Assembly (NCBI GenBank): GCA_021432655.1
Contig: MU271372.1
Coordinates: 1-64,000 of the forward strand
Reading direction: 5' to 3'
From: Atractiella rhizophila
Lineage: Eukaryota
DNA length: 64,000 nucleotides
Shown: positions 38,687-50,097 of the stretch, piece after piece
How positions within the stretch are numbered: the stretch's first letter is position 1
Layout: the number at the start of each line of letters is the position of its first letter
Translations under genes and position numbers: made by a program
Notes under the pieces: generated by a model
The model's database searches: none
What the model was told of the DNA's origin: nothing
The model's input: the letters and a program-made list of their open reading frames with translations, nothing else

Positions 38687-39175
38687 TTATACATCGTGAT
38701 AGCTAGCTCTCAGGCCTCGCATTCGATGTACTCACGCCTGAGATACGATGGATAATGGCGAAGTAATATGGAATCATATGTTTGACATATATAGGGTGTG
38801 TATTTTTTCCTTTGCTTTTTTTTGATGTTTGCTCACTCTTATTACGCATTATACGTAGTAATATCTAGCCCCCAAGCCCATCGCTCCTCGCCCTCACGTC
38901 TAAAATACAATGGATAATAGTGAAGCAATGAGGAATTGCGTTTTTGATGTATATGAGTGCGTGTTTTGTCCTCCGCTTTTTTTAATGTTCACTCGTTCCC
39001 AATATACATTATACGTCGTTGAAGCTACATCTTAGGCCTCCCATTTGCGCTACTCACGTCTAAAATACGATGGATAATGGCGAAGCAATGAGGAATTGCA
39101 ATTTTTGATGTATATAAGGTGTGTGTTTTGTCCTCCGCTTTTTTAATGTTCACTCGTCGTTATTACCTGTTATAC
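38687..39175. repeat. Three ~160-bp subterminal tandem repeats of the DNA transposon
   Basis: ctcacg.ct.a.atac.atggataat.g.gaag.aat starts at 38732, 38893 and 39053. Confidence 0.85.
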
Positions 39176-39601
39176 AGGGCAACAACACCATCATATATGT
39201 TGCGTTCAAGCGACTTAACAGGAAAACACATTGGGTATTGATGTCGGAAGGTGCGACCACATTTCAAGTTTCAACATACCCATATCTTTATTTATTTTTT
39301 TTTTGCTTCAGAGACAGACACATTCCTTTTCATAGACACTGGATCAGTCTAAATTATGTCCATGATGAAGCATTAATCATTACTACATTTTTGCATTCAA
39401 TAATGTTCGATGGCGACCACTTTTGTGTTTGCAGCCCGATGTGGTGCAAATCTCCCCGAAATTGAGCGCAAAACCCTCGGGGTGACCAGTTTGCCCTCTG
39501 GCATCTGCTCCGTATCATGAAATACCATCGCTTTTCCCTGGGCCGGAGTGAGCTGCAACGGATCTATACAAAAGAAAGTTCATATCGAGGAAGAAAAAGA
39601 T

Positions 39602-39683
39602 CGAACCGTGTGCGGGTCGAACGCACGACATCTTGATTCCTCAAAGTCCGAAGTCAAGCATGCTACCACTGCATCAACGGTCC
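39602..39683 (-). tRNA. tRNA-Arg(TCG) with 10-nt intron
   Basis: Cloverleaf: GGACCGT/ACGGTTC acceptor, ATGC/GCAT D-stem, CTTGA-CT TCG G[intron]A-TCAAG, GTGCG-TTCGACC-CGCAC, followed by a T-run terminator. Confidence 0.9.
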
Positions 39684-39924
39684 ACCGGATGAGAGTCCTT
39701 AAAAGCGAAGCCTCTTAGGGCAAAGAATGTAGAGATAAAAGTACCCACTAAGCTTCCAAAGACGCTTCCTTGTGGTCATTATGGCTCTTTTTACGGCGTA
39801 CACTTCACGGAGTGGGGGAGAGATACCATCTATCCATCTCCGCTGCTCGAGAGCCCGCGAAATCGTCTGTCCACACACAGAACCTTGCACGTGATTGCGT
39901 GAGCTCAGGTTTGTCACAGTCGCT

Positions 39925-40968
39925 ATGTCTCGCTCACGCCAGTGGAACCCTTCGTTTCTCCTTCCCACAGAGTCTTCCCAGCCTGTGTTCGTCCCTAGAC
40001 CACCAAAATTCGCCTTATTCATCCTCAACACCCCAATCTCAATCTCCTCCAAACCGCTGCTCGTTCATCTATTGGACACCTCCAGGTTCGTCTTCATCAA
40101 CAGTTCTCCCCGTTTAGTACTCACAGCTTTATTTGCCTGATAGCTTGGTGTACTGCGTTGACGGTGGCGGCAATCGGTTGATTGACGCTTTTGGGACTTC
40201 TCCTAAGTGTGTGGTTCCTCCTCTACCTTTCCTTTCTGATCTCATAGACAGTTCGCCTCGGCCTAACCTAGTAATAGGTGACCTCGATTCCCTCCTACCA
40301 GTCTCGGAACAATACTTTCACTCCATCTCCGTTCCGGTGGTACGAGATCCAGACCAAGACTCTACCGACTTGGGAAAAGCGTGGAAGGCTCTCCTGTCCC
40401 AGGAGAAGAGCGAAAATGCAACAGATAAATACGCGCTCGTCATTTTTGGAGGACTAAGCGGGAGACTGGACCAGACTATGAGCACCATCTCCTTTCTTGC
40501 CTGGATGGAACACGCGGACGATAGAGAGATCTGGGTCGTTGATCCGCCAAATCTGGCCTGTTTTATGCGCAGAGTCTGTCCATCCTCCTCCTCCGCTTGC
40601 TCGAGTATTTAACAGGAAGCGTACTATAGGGAAAGCATACTTTCATGTTCCCTTCGAGGGAAGAAACAAATTCTTTTGCCCCGAATCCAACCATCGGACT
40701 CATACCCGTGCAGGGGGAAACGGTCCTCACAACAAAAGGGCTCAAGTGGAATCTCAGTCCGTTCCTATTCCCTCTGCGTGCTGTGCTCATCGATTCATGC
40801 CTGCGTTTGATAGATGAGAGGAAGACGAAGATGGGGGAGCTGGTTTCGTCATCCAATCGCTTAGATGATGACAACGTGGACTCACGACGGGTCGACATCA
40901 ATATAGAAGGAGAAAATGGAATTCTTTGGAACGTCGAGTTGATGCTGCAGGAGGCAAGGGTGCATTAG
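39925..40968 (+). CDS. THI80: Thiamine pyrophosphokinase
   Basis: CVDGGGNRL, IGDLDSL, DQDSTDLGKA, FGGLSGRLDQTMS, TTKGLKWNL, VSSSN. Multi-exon. Confidence 0.95.
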
Positions 40969-41173
40969 TGACAGCCTTTTTCCCTGCGCTGTAAGCTGTC
41001 GCCCCGATTCCGGACCTAGAGAGCGTCATAGATCAGTATGCATTCCAACCTAACAACCAAGATTGTTCATGTAATTATAAACTGCAAAATATATCAACCA
41101 GACCAAAATCTTAAAGTGACCGAAATTCAAAGTAAACAAAAGCAACAATTTATCCGTTTTGTGAAAGTAATCA

Positions 41174-42133
41174 TCAACCCATGCTCATTCTCTTCTTGAT
41201 TCGCCTTTTATTCTTCTCCCTTTCCCTCTCCAGCCTCTCTTTCTCCAACCTCTCACGTTCCCTCTCCCTCTCTTCCTTCTTCCTCCTCTTCGACGCTCCG
41301 CTCGGTGCCACTCCACCCATAATCTCCCTCGCATCCCTAGCTGTAAAATTGACCCAAGTCGTTCCATTGTCATCTACCGTCTTGGTCTCCACCAACTTCG
41401 TGGGAACACCCTTTCCGTGTCCAAAGTTAGGATTGCTCTTCGCCTGCCTCAAATTGGAGTTGGAACGTCTGCGCGGCCGTGGGGACTTGCTTGGAGACGG
41501 AGGGGCTGGAGGAGAAGAAGAGTATGGGTCTATTTGGAGCCAGTCCAGTGTAGGGACAGAAGAATGGACTGGCGTTCCTCGCAGTGGCGCAGTGCTCGGT
41601 CGAGTGATCTCGTTCTCGCCTCCAGAGACTGGCTGAGGTGTACCTAGCATACTGAGATCGAGAGCAGCGACAGCTTCGTTCCATTCTTCCTGCGCGCATA
41701 CGGGCACGTCTCGTTGGAGCGTTTGGGGTTGCGCTCGAGGCGATGGCAGGACGAAACTTTGAACATGCGCTGGAGCGGAATGAGGTGCGACTGTCTGCAA
41801 AGCAGGATATTGGAAAAAAATACCAGGTTGGGCGACATATCCAAACGGCGTGAAGGGTAGGTATTGCATCGTTGGTGGCGGAAACATGTAGCCCTGTTGA
41901 TTTTGAATAGGATAAGAGGTGGGATAGGCCGAAGGGAACGACGACATGGAAGATGTGCCACCGAGCAGCTCCAACGATTCCAACGCCTCCAAGTTTCCTA
42001 TACCCGTCATATCCACCGCCGAGTCAACGTCGATCTCGCAATCACTCATTGTCCAAAACTCGTTGTCGAAAGAAGATCCCCTGGTGACTTTAGTCCCAGT
42101 TTTCAAGGTCATCACGGCTGGCGCACTCTCCAT
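41174..42133 (-). CDS. Protein with C-terminal ESC1/WetA-related motif (putative developmental transcription regulator)
   Basis: WVNFTARDAREIMGGVAPSGASKRRKKEERERER resembles the WetA C-terminal FVNFT..D...I..GVAPSGSSK motif. The rest is Pro/Ser-rich. Start codon uncertain. Confidence 0.75.
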   Translation of the reverse strand: MESAPAVMTLKTGTKVTRGSSFDNEFWTMSDCEIDVDSAVDMTGIGNLEALESLELLGGTSSMSSFPSAYPTSYPIQNQQGYMFPPPTMQYLPFTPFGYVAQPGIFFQYPALQTVAPHSAPAHVQSFVLPSPRAQPQTLQRDVPVCAQEEWNEAVAALDLSMLGTPQPVSGGENEITRPSTAPLRGTPVHSSVPTLDWLQIDPYSSSPPAPPSPSKSPRPRRRSNSNLRQAKSNPNFGHGKGVPTKLVETKTVDDNGTTWVNFTARDAREIMGGVAPSGASKRRKKEERERERERLEKERLEREREKNKRRIKKRMSMG

Positions 42134-42339
42134 CCCCACCTCCCTCCCAGCTGCAGAGGTTTGGCAAGTCAGAAAAACAGTAGGCTAAAATTTCGAGTTC
42201 TAAGATCAACGAAACCGTTTTTTTGACGGTGGATTGACACGTTTTTCTCCCTCCGTCCCTAGAGATCGTTTTCTCAAACGCAGATAAAACACTGCTCAAA
42301 GTCATGCCACGTTTAGCAAGTTTGATCATTGCTCCTTCT

Positions 42340-44080
42340 CACGCACACAAATGACAACATGAGGCCGAGAGTGCCTCGTGTGAACTTGAAGTTCGCGTGA
42401 TGAGCTGAGGGACATACCCTTCAACTAGCTTCATCCTTTTCAGAGAGATATCGCTCATAATAATGCTGTTTGCTCTCGACCGGAACTTCTTCTGCTATCA
42501 CGATCCATGTCCCCCCGATCTCCTCAGTGCTACCAACGTCCGGATGAAGAATGGGACGAGAACTCCTCCTACGCGTTCGAGCTCTAATTTTCTTCAACTC
42601 GTATGTTACTATATCGTACCCGCTGAAGATTGCGCCTCCCTATCTAGCATTGTGATCCAGTGAACAGTACCGAGAAAGAGAGGCTGACATCAAACGTTAC
42701 AAAGCGCAAGGTAGGGAGCACTTGTCCAAAAATCAAAGCATCGCTTGAGCGACCAGGTGCGTGATCGCCGTCGGAGTAGTTGCTTTGAACATAAAGGGGT
42801 AAGGTAGGAGTGCCTGCGAGCGGAATTAACTCACAGGTTTAGGGAGGTGAGATATTTGAGGATCGACAGCTCTTGCGCATATAGCCTCTTGAGATTGCAC
42901 CAAGGTCACTGTCTCATCGGTAGAGAAAGCTCCGACGCACCAAATCACCAGTCCATCGAAGCATACCAAAGGCTCCCCTATGAATTTTCAAGTGTGCAAG
43001 CATCGGAAAAGCTACAGCAATGCTCCCAAAGAGCCCGTACCCCATTTCTTCTGTTTCCCGCTTAGGAATGTTGAGGAGTTCAAAAGACCGAAGTTCTGGA
43101 AGGCGACCAGAAAATGTTCGTAAAACGGAGGTTATATCGCTTGGGGTCAGAGAGGTACAATCGATGGAGAGCCTTTCTAGCGAGCCAGGGGCATCGAATT
43201 CCTATAGTCGCAGTTGTTAACCTAGATCCTGGTTGGAATGTAACGAAGGAAGAAAACTAACATCGAAAGCTTGCAAAATATCATGCATTTCTGCTCGTGC
43301 GACGTGGTCCAGTTCTAGACACTCCAATGGCCGCATGAATAGTTCATTGCCTATCCATGCGAGGGATCCAGACGGCTGATGAGAAGATGTAACGAGGTTT
43401 GATTTGTTGTTTGCTAGCTTGAGATGCCTGAGATTTGGAAGGGCGAGAATCAAAGGTTTGATGAAGGAGTATTCCGATTTCGAGACGAAGAGAGATCGGA
43501 TGGTGCGGCTCTCAGAAGTGGGAGGGAATGCATCTTGAGGGATGCAAGATAGGAGGAGGACGCGCATGGTCTTCTTTTCGAAAGCAGCGGAAATCAAATC
43601 TTGAAGCCATTCGAGCTGACTTTCAACACAATTCTCCAGTCCACTATAGCAGAAGAGGGCGATTTTCAGCTCTTGCAGAGAAACCAGTTCGATGCTGGAT
43701 TTTCCCATAATGTCATTCGGCTTCCGTGAACCAGAGGCGTAAAGCCTTCGTACCAACGGTAGAATTGAAGGTTGTGATATCCAGCGGTGGAAAGAAACGG
43801 CATCTTCAATTTTATCGAGCGAGTAAGTGTCGACACGGACACTGATACTGTGCCAAATTCGCTGTCGTGTAACAGCACAGAGATATTGGTTCGTGAGACA
43901 AAATGGAAGTACATCATCTTTGGAGAGGTGCCGGACTATCTGAAAAATTATTTCAGGTGGAAGCGATACTAGTTCTGCAGGAGCTTTCTCATGAGACCCT
44001 CCTGTCCACTGCATAAACACCTGCTGGGGTCGACAAGAGGGAATCAACGCACCCTTCTCTACGTCTCTATCCATGTTCAT
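42340..44080 (-). CDS. F-box-like protein with leucine-rich body
   Basis: LVSLPPEIIFQIVRHLSKDDVLPFCLTNQYL; LPNLRHLKL; LECLEL. 3' exons and end are approximate. Confidence 0.7.
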
Positions 44081-44277
44081 GTTAAATTTTGGAAATTCAA
44101 GTCTGCTAAAGTGAAACTGAAAAAGTGTCAAGGGAAATGCCGCTCATTTCTTATCATCTGCGTCTGTGTAATCAGTCATCTGTCAAAAGCTAAGGTTCGG
44201 AACAATTTCTGTCCTTCTACAGGCACGTAATGTGTTTGGATTGAACTCATGATGGATATTGCCAGTCGATAGAACAA

Positions 44278-46981
44278 TTAGGCATCAACCTGCATTTCCT
44301 GCATCGTTTCCCTCTCCACCGTCTCCCCATCCTTCCTCCCATACTTCTTCGCCAACCACACCAGATACTCAAGCGAATGTCCCTTCCCACCCCTCAAAAC
44401 TCTCTCCTCCAATCCTCCGCCGAGTTCAATGGTGGGAAACCAAATCACTCTCCCCTCATCGTCCCTCCTCACCTTCTCCGCGATCTCCTCCGGCACCTCC
44501 TGCCACTTCCCGCCTTGGGCACGAAACGCGTCCGCGGCGGCTTGAGCGACGCTTTGTCGGTTCGTCTTCTTGGAGGCCGTGGCGAGGGCGGGGTTGTTGG
44601 GTGAGGGACGGGGAGGTCTCCACCAAATCGCGTTTTGGAGCACTGACGGTCTTGGAGCTTGACGGGGTTGCGGGTGCGACTGTTGCTGTGGATGAGAAGA
44701 GTGGGCGTATGTCGAAGTCGCTGTTGCGGATGATGAGGCTGGACGGGGACGTTGTTGGTATGGAGTTTGGGGTTGTAGGGCTGGAGGCGTCGATGGTACG
44801 GATATTGGGGTCGAGGAAGGTTGGGGCTGCGATTGCGATTGGGGTGCTGGAGAGTTAGAGAACCCGAGAGAGCTCATGGTCCTCGCTGGGAGTTTGATTT
44901 TCGGTCCCTTTTGTTGTTGTATTGTTAACGCAGCTGGAGTTGCAGGCATGGGCGGCTGAGCTGCGCTGGGTTCTTGAGTCGTTGAAGTGGAAGCTGAAAC
45001 GGTGATGGGAACAGATTGGGCTGGAACGGATGAGGATGGGATGTCTGCGGGCATGGTAGGGCTCAAAGCTGAAGTCGCAGGCAGGACGGCATCGTCTCCT
45101 GTGTACGTGACGGATCCAACATTGACTGCACCACCAGGAGCGAATGGGGACTTGTATTTCTTCAGCTTCGCCGGAGCAGGAAACAGGTCCATCTCGTCTG
45201 CACAATGTCTCATCAGCATGAATTTTACTGACAGAGAGGAGAGAGATGTACATTCTGTTTGTGCCAGCTTCCCTTCCTCAGGCATCTGTCCCGCCCAATT
45301 CTTGATCCTACTGAAGCTCTTGCTCTTGTCAATGTACTTGTGTTCGCACACGTAAACGTCCATCCCCGGCTCCCATAGAGGTTTCTTCGGCCTCCCGCGG
45401 ACGTAGTAGGAGATGAACATGACGAAACAGCGAGCGATGAAGTCGTCCGCCCTGTCCATGTCATGTCACAGGATGAGTTCGTTCCGTTTGGGATGAGGAC
45501 GAGAATGCATACACTATCTCGACGATGTTGCTCGTCTTGAACACTTCGTTTTCGTAAAAGGTACGAGATGCATTGTGCATCGTTTCCTCGGGGCGAAAGA
45601 ACCAACAAACAGAAAGGCACCGTTGTCCACTATCCACACCACATCATCATCCTTCAGTACTTCCTTGAACAATTGGAACGCAAAAAAAACATACTCCGTC
45701 CTCTTATACGTCGCATAAACCTGCGCAATAGTCGGCTTCGCAGGATTCTCATGGTTCGCCACATGAATCCAATCCCCGACCCTCAACTGCTCTCCCTTCA
45801 TCTTCACGCTCTCCAGTCCCGTCGTATCCTCCATCGTCCATTCCTTCTTCCCTCCCACGTTCGGAACCTTCGTCAACTCGTGATACCGCCGTTGGAGCGC
45901 GAGGATGTCGCCGTATATTGGGGAGGGGGGAGCGTGCTCCAGTCGCGCGTTCTTGAAGAGACGGTGGAGGTCGCGGTCGAATGATTCTGCGGTGGGATAG
46001 GCTTGGTTGTTGACGTTGGTCTGTGTCATATCATATTAAATTTGTCAGTTATAAAGCATAGGGAGGAAGGGAAAACAAACCTCGATTTGGTCTAGTGAAA
46101 TGGGATCGGAGATCTGGACGTAGTAGGATGGGTTCGCTGCTGGATCCGGGAGAGAGATGAGTGGAGCGGCGAGCTGACGGTCTTCGAATGTTTCGGAACG
46201 GAGTGCCTTGAGTATAGACAGGTACTTGGGGATCATTCCCTGTTGCATGATAGGAATGTCAGATGAGAACTAGACAGGAGGGAAGTGTATTTGCTGCAAC
46301 AGTAGGAATGGATGTTGGTGCCCAGAAATAGGATAGCGACGCAGCATACGAAAGGAAGCGCTCCTCAAGTCATGAAAGTAACCTCCCCAAAACCGAAAGA
46401 AAAGAAAGAGGGAAACTCACAGGTCCGTCGCCTCTCATCCACCCAGTCCTATCATCCACTTCCCTCCCACTAGGTCCATAAACAGGCTCCGCTTTATCCA
46501 CTCTCTCCAACCTGACCTTCAACTTCTTACTCTCCCTCGCTCCCTCTCCCTCTCCACCCTGCGCTTGCGCATCATCCATCTCCTCCGTCGCCTTCCGCTT
46601 CTTCCCAACCGTCAACTTGATCTTCTTCGGCTTCTTCTCCTCCACACCTACTGCCGGTGCTGCCTGCGCAGAAGAGAGAACTTGACCGGCAGAAGGAGAG
46701 GAGGGTCCCACAACAGGGAGGGGTTGAGTCTGAGTGGACTGTCTAGGAGGAAGCTTGAGCTTGATCTTCAACCCGCCGCCGCCAGATCCTCCCGCGCCAG
46801 CACCAGCGCTAGAACTTCCCAGGGCAGATGGCTCCTGAGGAGACAGAGTCGTCGAAGTCGAACCATCCTTGCCTGCTGCTTGGGGGCCAGTGGAAGGCGG
46901 AGCGGGTGGCTTGAACTTGATGCGCCGTAGCCCTTTGATGGGTATCGCGCGTGAGGATTCTGTCGGTTGGGGGTTGTCCAT
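44278..46981 (-). CDS. RSC1/RSC2-like chromatin remodelling subunit (bromodomain + BAH)
   Basis: Bromodomain LPDPAANPSYYVQISDPISLDQI..FDRDLHRLFKNA; BAH GDWIHVAN..PTIAQVY..CFVM..YVRGRP..VYVCEHKY..IKNW; tail RDDEGRVIWF..GHSLEYL. Confidence 0.88.
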
Positions 46982-47233
46982 GGCGAGGGTCACGCAGACT
47001 ACAAGACGCGTCGTGAGTGACAAAAGAAGATTGTGGAGTGAAGAAGGTCGGAAATGCAAGCTTGCCGTAGTTTGTCCGTAGTATCAAGTTCTGAATCCAT
47101 GCCCGACTGATATAAATTTGATCGATTTGATCTTTGATGATATTGCCATGGTAGATAATAAATAAATGATACCGATAAAAAGAAGGAGTGCGGAAGAATG
47201 AGCACACAAAAAAAGAAGTTGCGCAGCCAAAAG

Positions 47234-47316
47234 TCTCCCCTCTCGGGATCGAACCGAGGACACCCAGATAACAAGCCAATTACAGTCTGATGCTCTTCCA
47301 ACTGAGCTAAGGAGAG
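47234..47316 (-). tRNA. tRNA-Tyr(GTA) with 10-nt intron
   Basis: CTCTCCT/AGGGGAG acceptor, GCTC/GAGC D-stem, TCAGA-CT GTA A[intron]A-TCTGG, CTCGG-TTCGATC-CCGAG. Confidence 0.95.
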
Positions 47317-48277
47317 GAATTATACAGAGAAGTGCGATTTTGTAAACTAGAATACAGAAGTCAGTGGTTGCCGCTCGAACTTTCTACTTGATATTGATCT
47401 GGTCCATCAATCAGTTGGGAACATCTTGCGCGAGCGAAGAAGGTGAGAAAGGAAGGAAAGGATTGATAGGAGCTTCTCAAACTCTTCCTCTGCCTCACAC
47501 GGTACGTCTATCCAAGCTGGCAACATCCGTTCTATTACCATTTCAACCATGCGCGTCGATTTCGATTTCGATCACTTGTGCCTTCTTGCATTATTTCAAG
47601 AAGCGTTTCTTTGTCGTCCTTCAGGTTCAGGGAGCATGTGTCCGGCTGTTGCCAGGGATCATCGTAGCTAGCTGGAGGCATATGGAAGCGATTTGTGCAT
47701 TGACCGATGTGTGTGTGCCATCCCGCTTGCAGGTATCTGGCATGCATTATCACAGTGTCGAAGAGGGGCTACACGATCACGTATCATAATAGTTCTGCTA
47801 GGAGAGCCCCAAGTGACAGTTCAAGTTCAAAGACCGGAGCGCGGGATGCAAGTTTTCATCAGCTGGTGTCGCTCTTTGGAGTCTTCGGGAATGAATGGGC
47901 ACTGAAGGCGGGCATGATTCTTCTTTTTCGACCTCTTTTCGCCCGTTTCGGCCCCAACAATGATCGTACCAAACTGTGGTAGGAACAAAGTGGTAGAGCG
48001 CTAGATGTATGGCCTGTACATTTCTCGTTCCTCACCACCTTTTTTTTGTGGTTGGCGAAGCGCTTGTCCCCAGACTCGGCGATAGACCGCTCCTATCGGC
48101 AACCGCCGGTAACAATCACCCCGCAGAGTGAAGCGTAACTCACTTCCTGCTTCTTCCTCAGAACGACTAAGCAACGACCTGTCAAAAGCGACGCTCGGGA
48201 GGATATAAAAGAAGACATCTGTCCCTTACTCCCATTCATCAAGCTTCCCATCTTGACGAAGGAACGAACCATTCAGA

Positions 48278-49774
48278 ATGACTTCTGTCCCAAAGACCAT
48301 GAAGGCTCTGTTGCTCAAGAAAGCAGAGGGAAAACCTGGTGCGTAATTCATCCGGCGCCATTGAAGAGAGTTCCGATCGTGGGATCGCTGGAACAGGCCA
48401 GGTCTACCATCCTGCAGTTGTGGAAGAGATTCCGGTCCCTGAACCGAAGGAGGGAGAGGTCTTGGTCAAGTTAATTTCTGCAGCTTACAATCACCGGTAT
48501 GTTGTTGCTTTTGCAAAGTTGCGACTAATCGCAATGACAATTGCTTTCTGTGTGTTAGTGACTTCTATGTTCGCCAATCCCTATATCCCGGTATAACCTT
48601 CGACCATCCCTCCATCTTTGGCTCTGACGGGTACGGAGTCGTTGTCTCTCCTCCCTCTCATCCATTATACGAGAAGACCGTCCTGGTGCATTCAGCCGTC
48701 GGCTGGATCTCCTCTCCTACAGGTCCCGACCAACCATTTCGCTTCGGAACACTGGGGAACCTCCAACCTTCCAAAGGCAGAGGCACATTTGCAGACTACA
48801 TCGTCGTAGACGCCGACCACGTCGTAAAGTGCCCAGAAGGATTGGGAGAGGACGCAGCTGCCATACCGCTTGGGGGATTGACCGCTTGGAGAGCGGTGGT
48901 TACCAAAGGAGGTGTGAAAAAGGACGATAACGTCCTCATCACGGGCATTGGTGGAGGTGTTGCTGTGCAGGCGTTGCAATTTGCAGTTGCCTTAGGTTGG
49001 TCGTTTCTTTCTTATCCTTTTCTCTCAGTTACTGACCATGGAGATAGGCGCCAACGTCTGGGTCACCTCCGGTTCAGAAGACAAGATCGATAGAGCCAAA
49101 TCGATGGGAGCGAAAGGTGGTGTGTCCTATAAAGATCCGGATTGGGTGAAGAAGCTTGCAGCTTTATTGCCGAAGGACAAACCGGTGCTTGACACAGTCA
49201 TCGATTCGGGTGGAGGCAAAATAGCCCTGCAGGTGCCTAAGATCATGAAAGCTGGAGGTTTGTCAATCCCTTTCCTTTCGAACTGAGAGCATTTTACTAA
49301 CTCCAGCATAGGAATCATCGTCATTTACGGAATGACGCAAGGCGGCGAAGTCCCAGTCTCTATGCATCTCGTCCTACAGAACATCGAGCTCAAAGGTCAT
49401 TCCCCATTCTCCAATCGTGCCGTTGAGTGTGGCGCTCAAATTTGCTGGCAGGGTCGACTATGGGATCACTCGAGGAATTTAGGGCCGCGGTCGAGTTCAT
49501 TGGAAAGCACAACATCAAACCGGTGGTGCACAGCTATATTGACGGTTTGGAGAACGCGGAAGAAGGATTTCAGACTCTCAAGGTTCGTTCATACAATCAC
49601 TCGTCCCCGCGTCTTTGTAAAAGAATGCTTGCTTACCTTTCCTTTCTGTTACAATTCAGAATGGATCGCAGTTCGGGAAGGTATGTACCTGTTTCGAAGT
49701 ACAGGAGACTGGCTAATGCGGGCTCTCGCCAGGTTGTAATAAGGATCGAGAAGAAGAATAACAATAAGTTGTAA
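48278..49774 (+). CDS. Medium-chain dehydrogenase/reductase (zinc-independent quinone-oxidoreductase-like)
   Basis: PKEGEVLVKLISAAYNHRD, GTFADYIVV, AAAIPLGGLTAWRA, LITGIGGGVA, GSTMGSLEEF, QFGK. Multi-exon. Confidence 0.92.
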
Positions 49775-50097
49775 ATGTATTTTCAGACTGTGCCAGTACG
49801 ATAAGCTACCTCTGAGTCAGCCAGCATACAGGAGCTCTGTTCAAGCGTTTAAGCCCTCCCCGCCCTCCGCGAGGACATTTCCGAGCCTGCTGTCAGCACT
49901 TGCGGATTACTCTCCCCGTCCCCGTCTCCCGTGCTGACAAACCTGCGGGACCTGAGCTAACGTCAGTCGTTCATCCGTTCAGTTCTCAGAAGAACTGCCA
50001 ATCATCGAGTTACTTATGACGCAACGGTCCCTGTCCTGCCGCTCTCCACAAATAAGCTGAGCAGCCTATCTGTTTACTGTCGCAGACAACATTGAAA

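Larger units (their letters stand above)
32831..39495 (+). mobile_element. DNA transposon (~6.7 kb) with short imperfect TIRs and a DDE transposase pseudogene
   Basis: Ends GGCAAGCAGACC / (rc) GGCAAACTGGTC, with CTCT directly outside both. AACTGGTC occurs x3 at the left end and once inverted at the right end (39484-39491). Joining the flanks recreates the paralogous sequence at 32368-32533. Confidence 0.7.

Noticed and set aside
31145..39495. TET gene as internal cargo of the 6.7-kb TIR element
   Set aside because: The inferred left end (32831) lies downstream of the TET stop (32394), so the gene is adjacent rather than inside. No outer termini enclosing both were found.
39684..40968. TPP riboswitch associated with the thiamine pyrophosphokinase gene
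   Set aside because: No CTGAGA / GATCTGGATAATACCAGCG-type aptamer core in the 5' region or introns.
44259..46930. Long plus-strand ORFs opposite the RSC1/2-like gene (similarly opposite LTN1 and the WetA-like gene)
   Set aside because: Antisense shadows of real coding exons with low-complexity translations.
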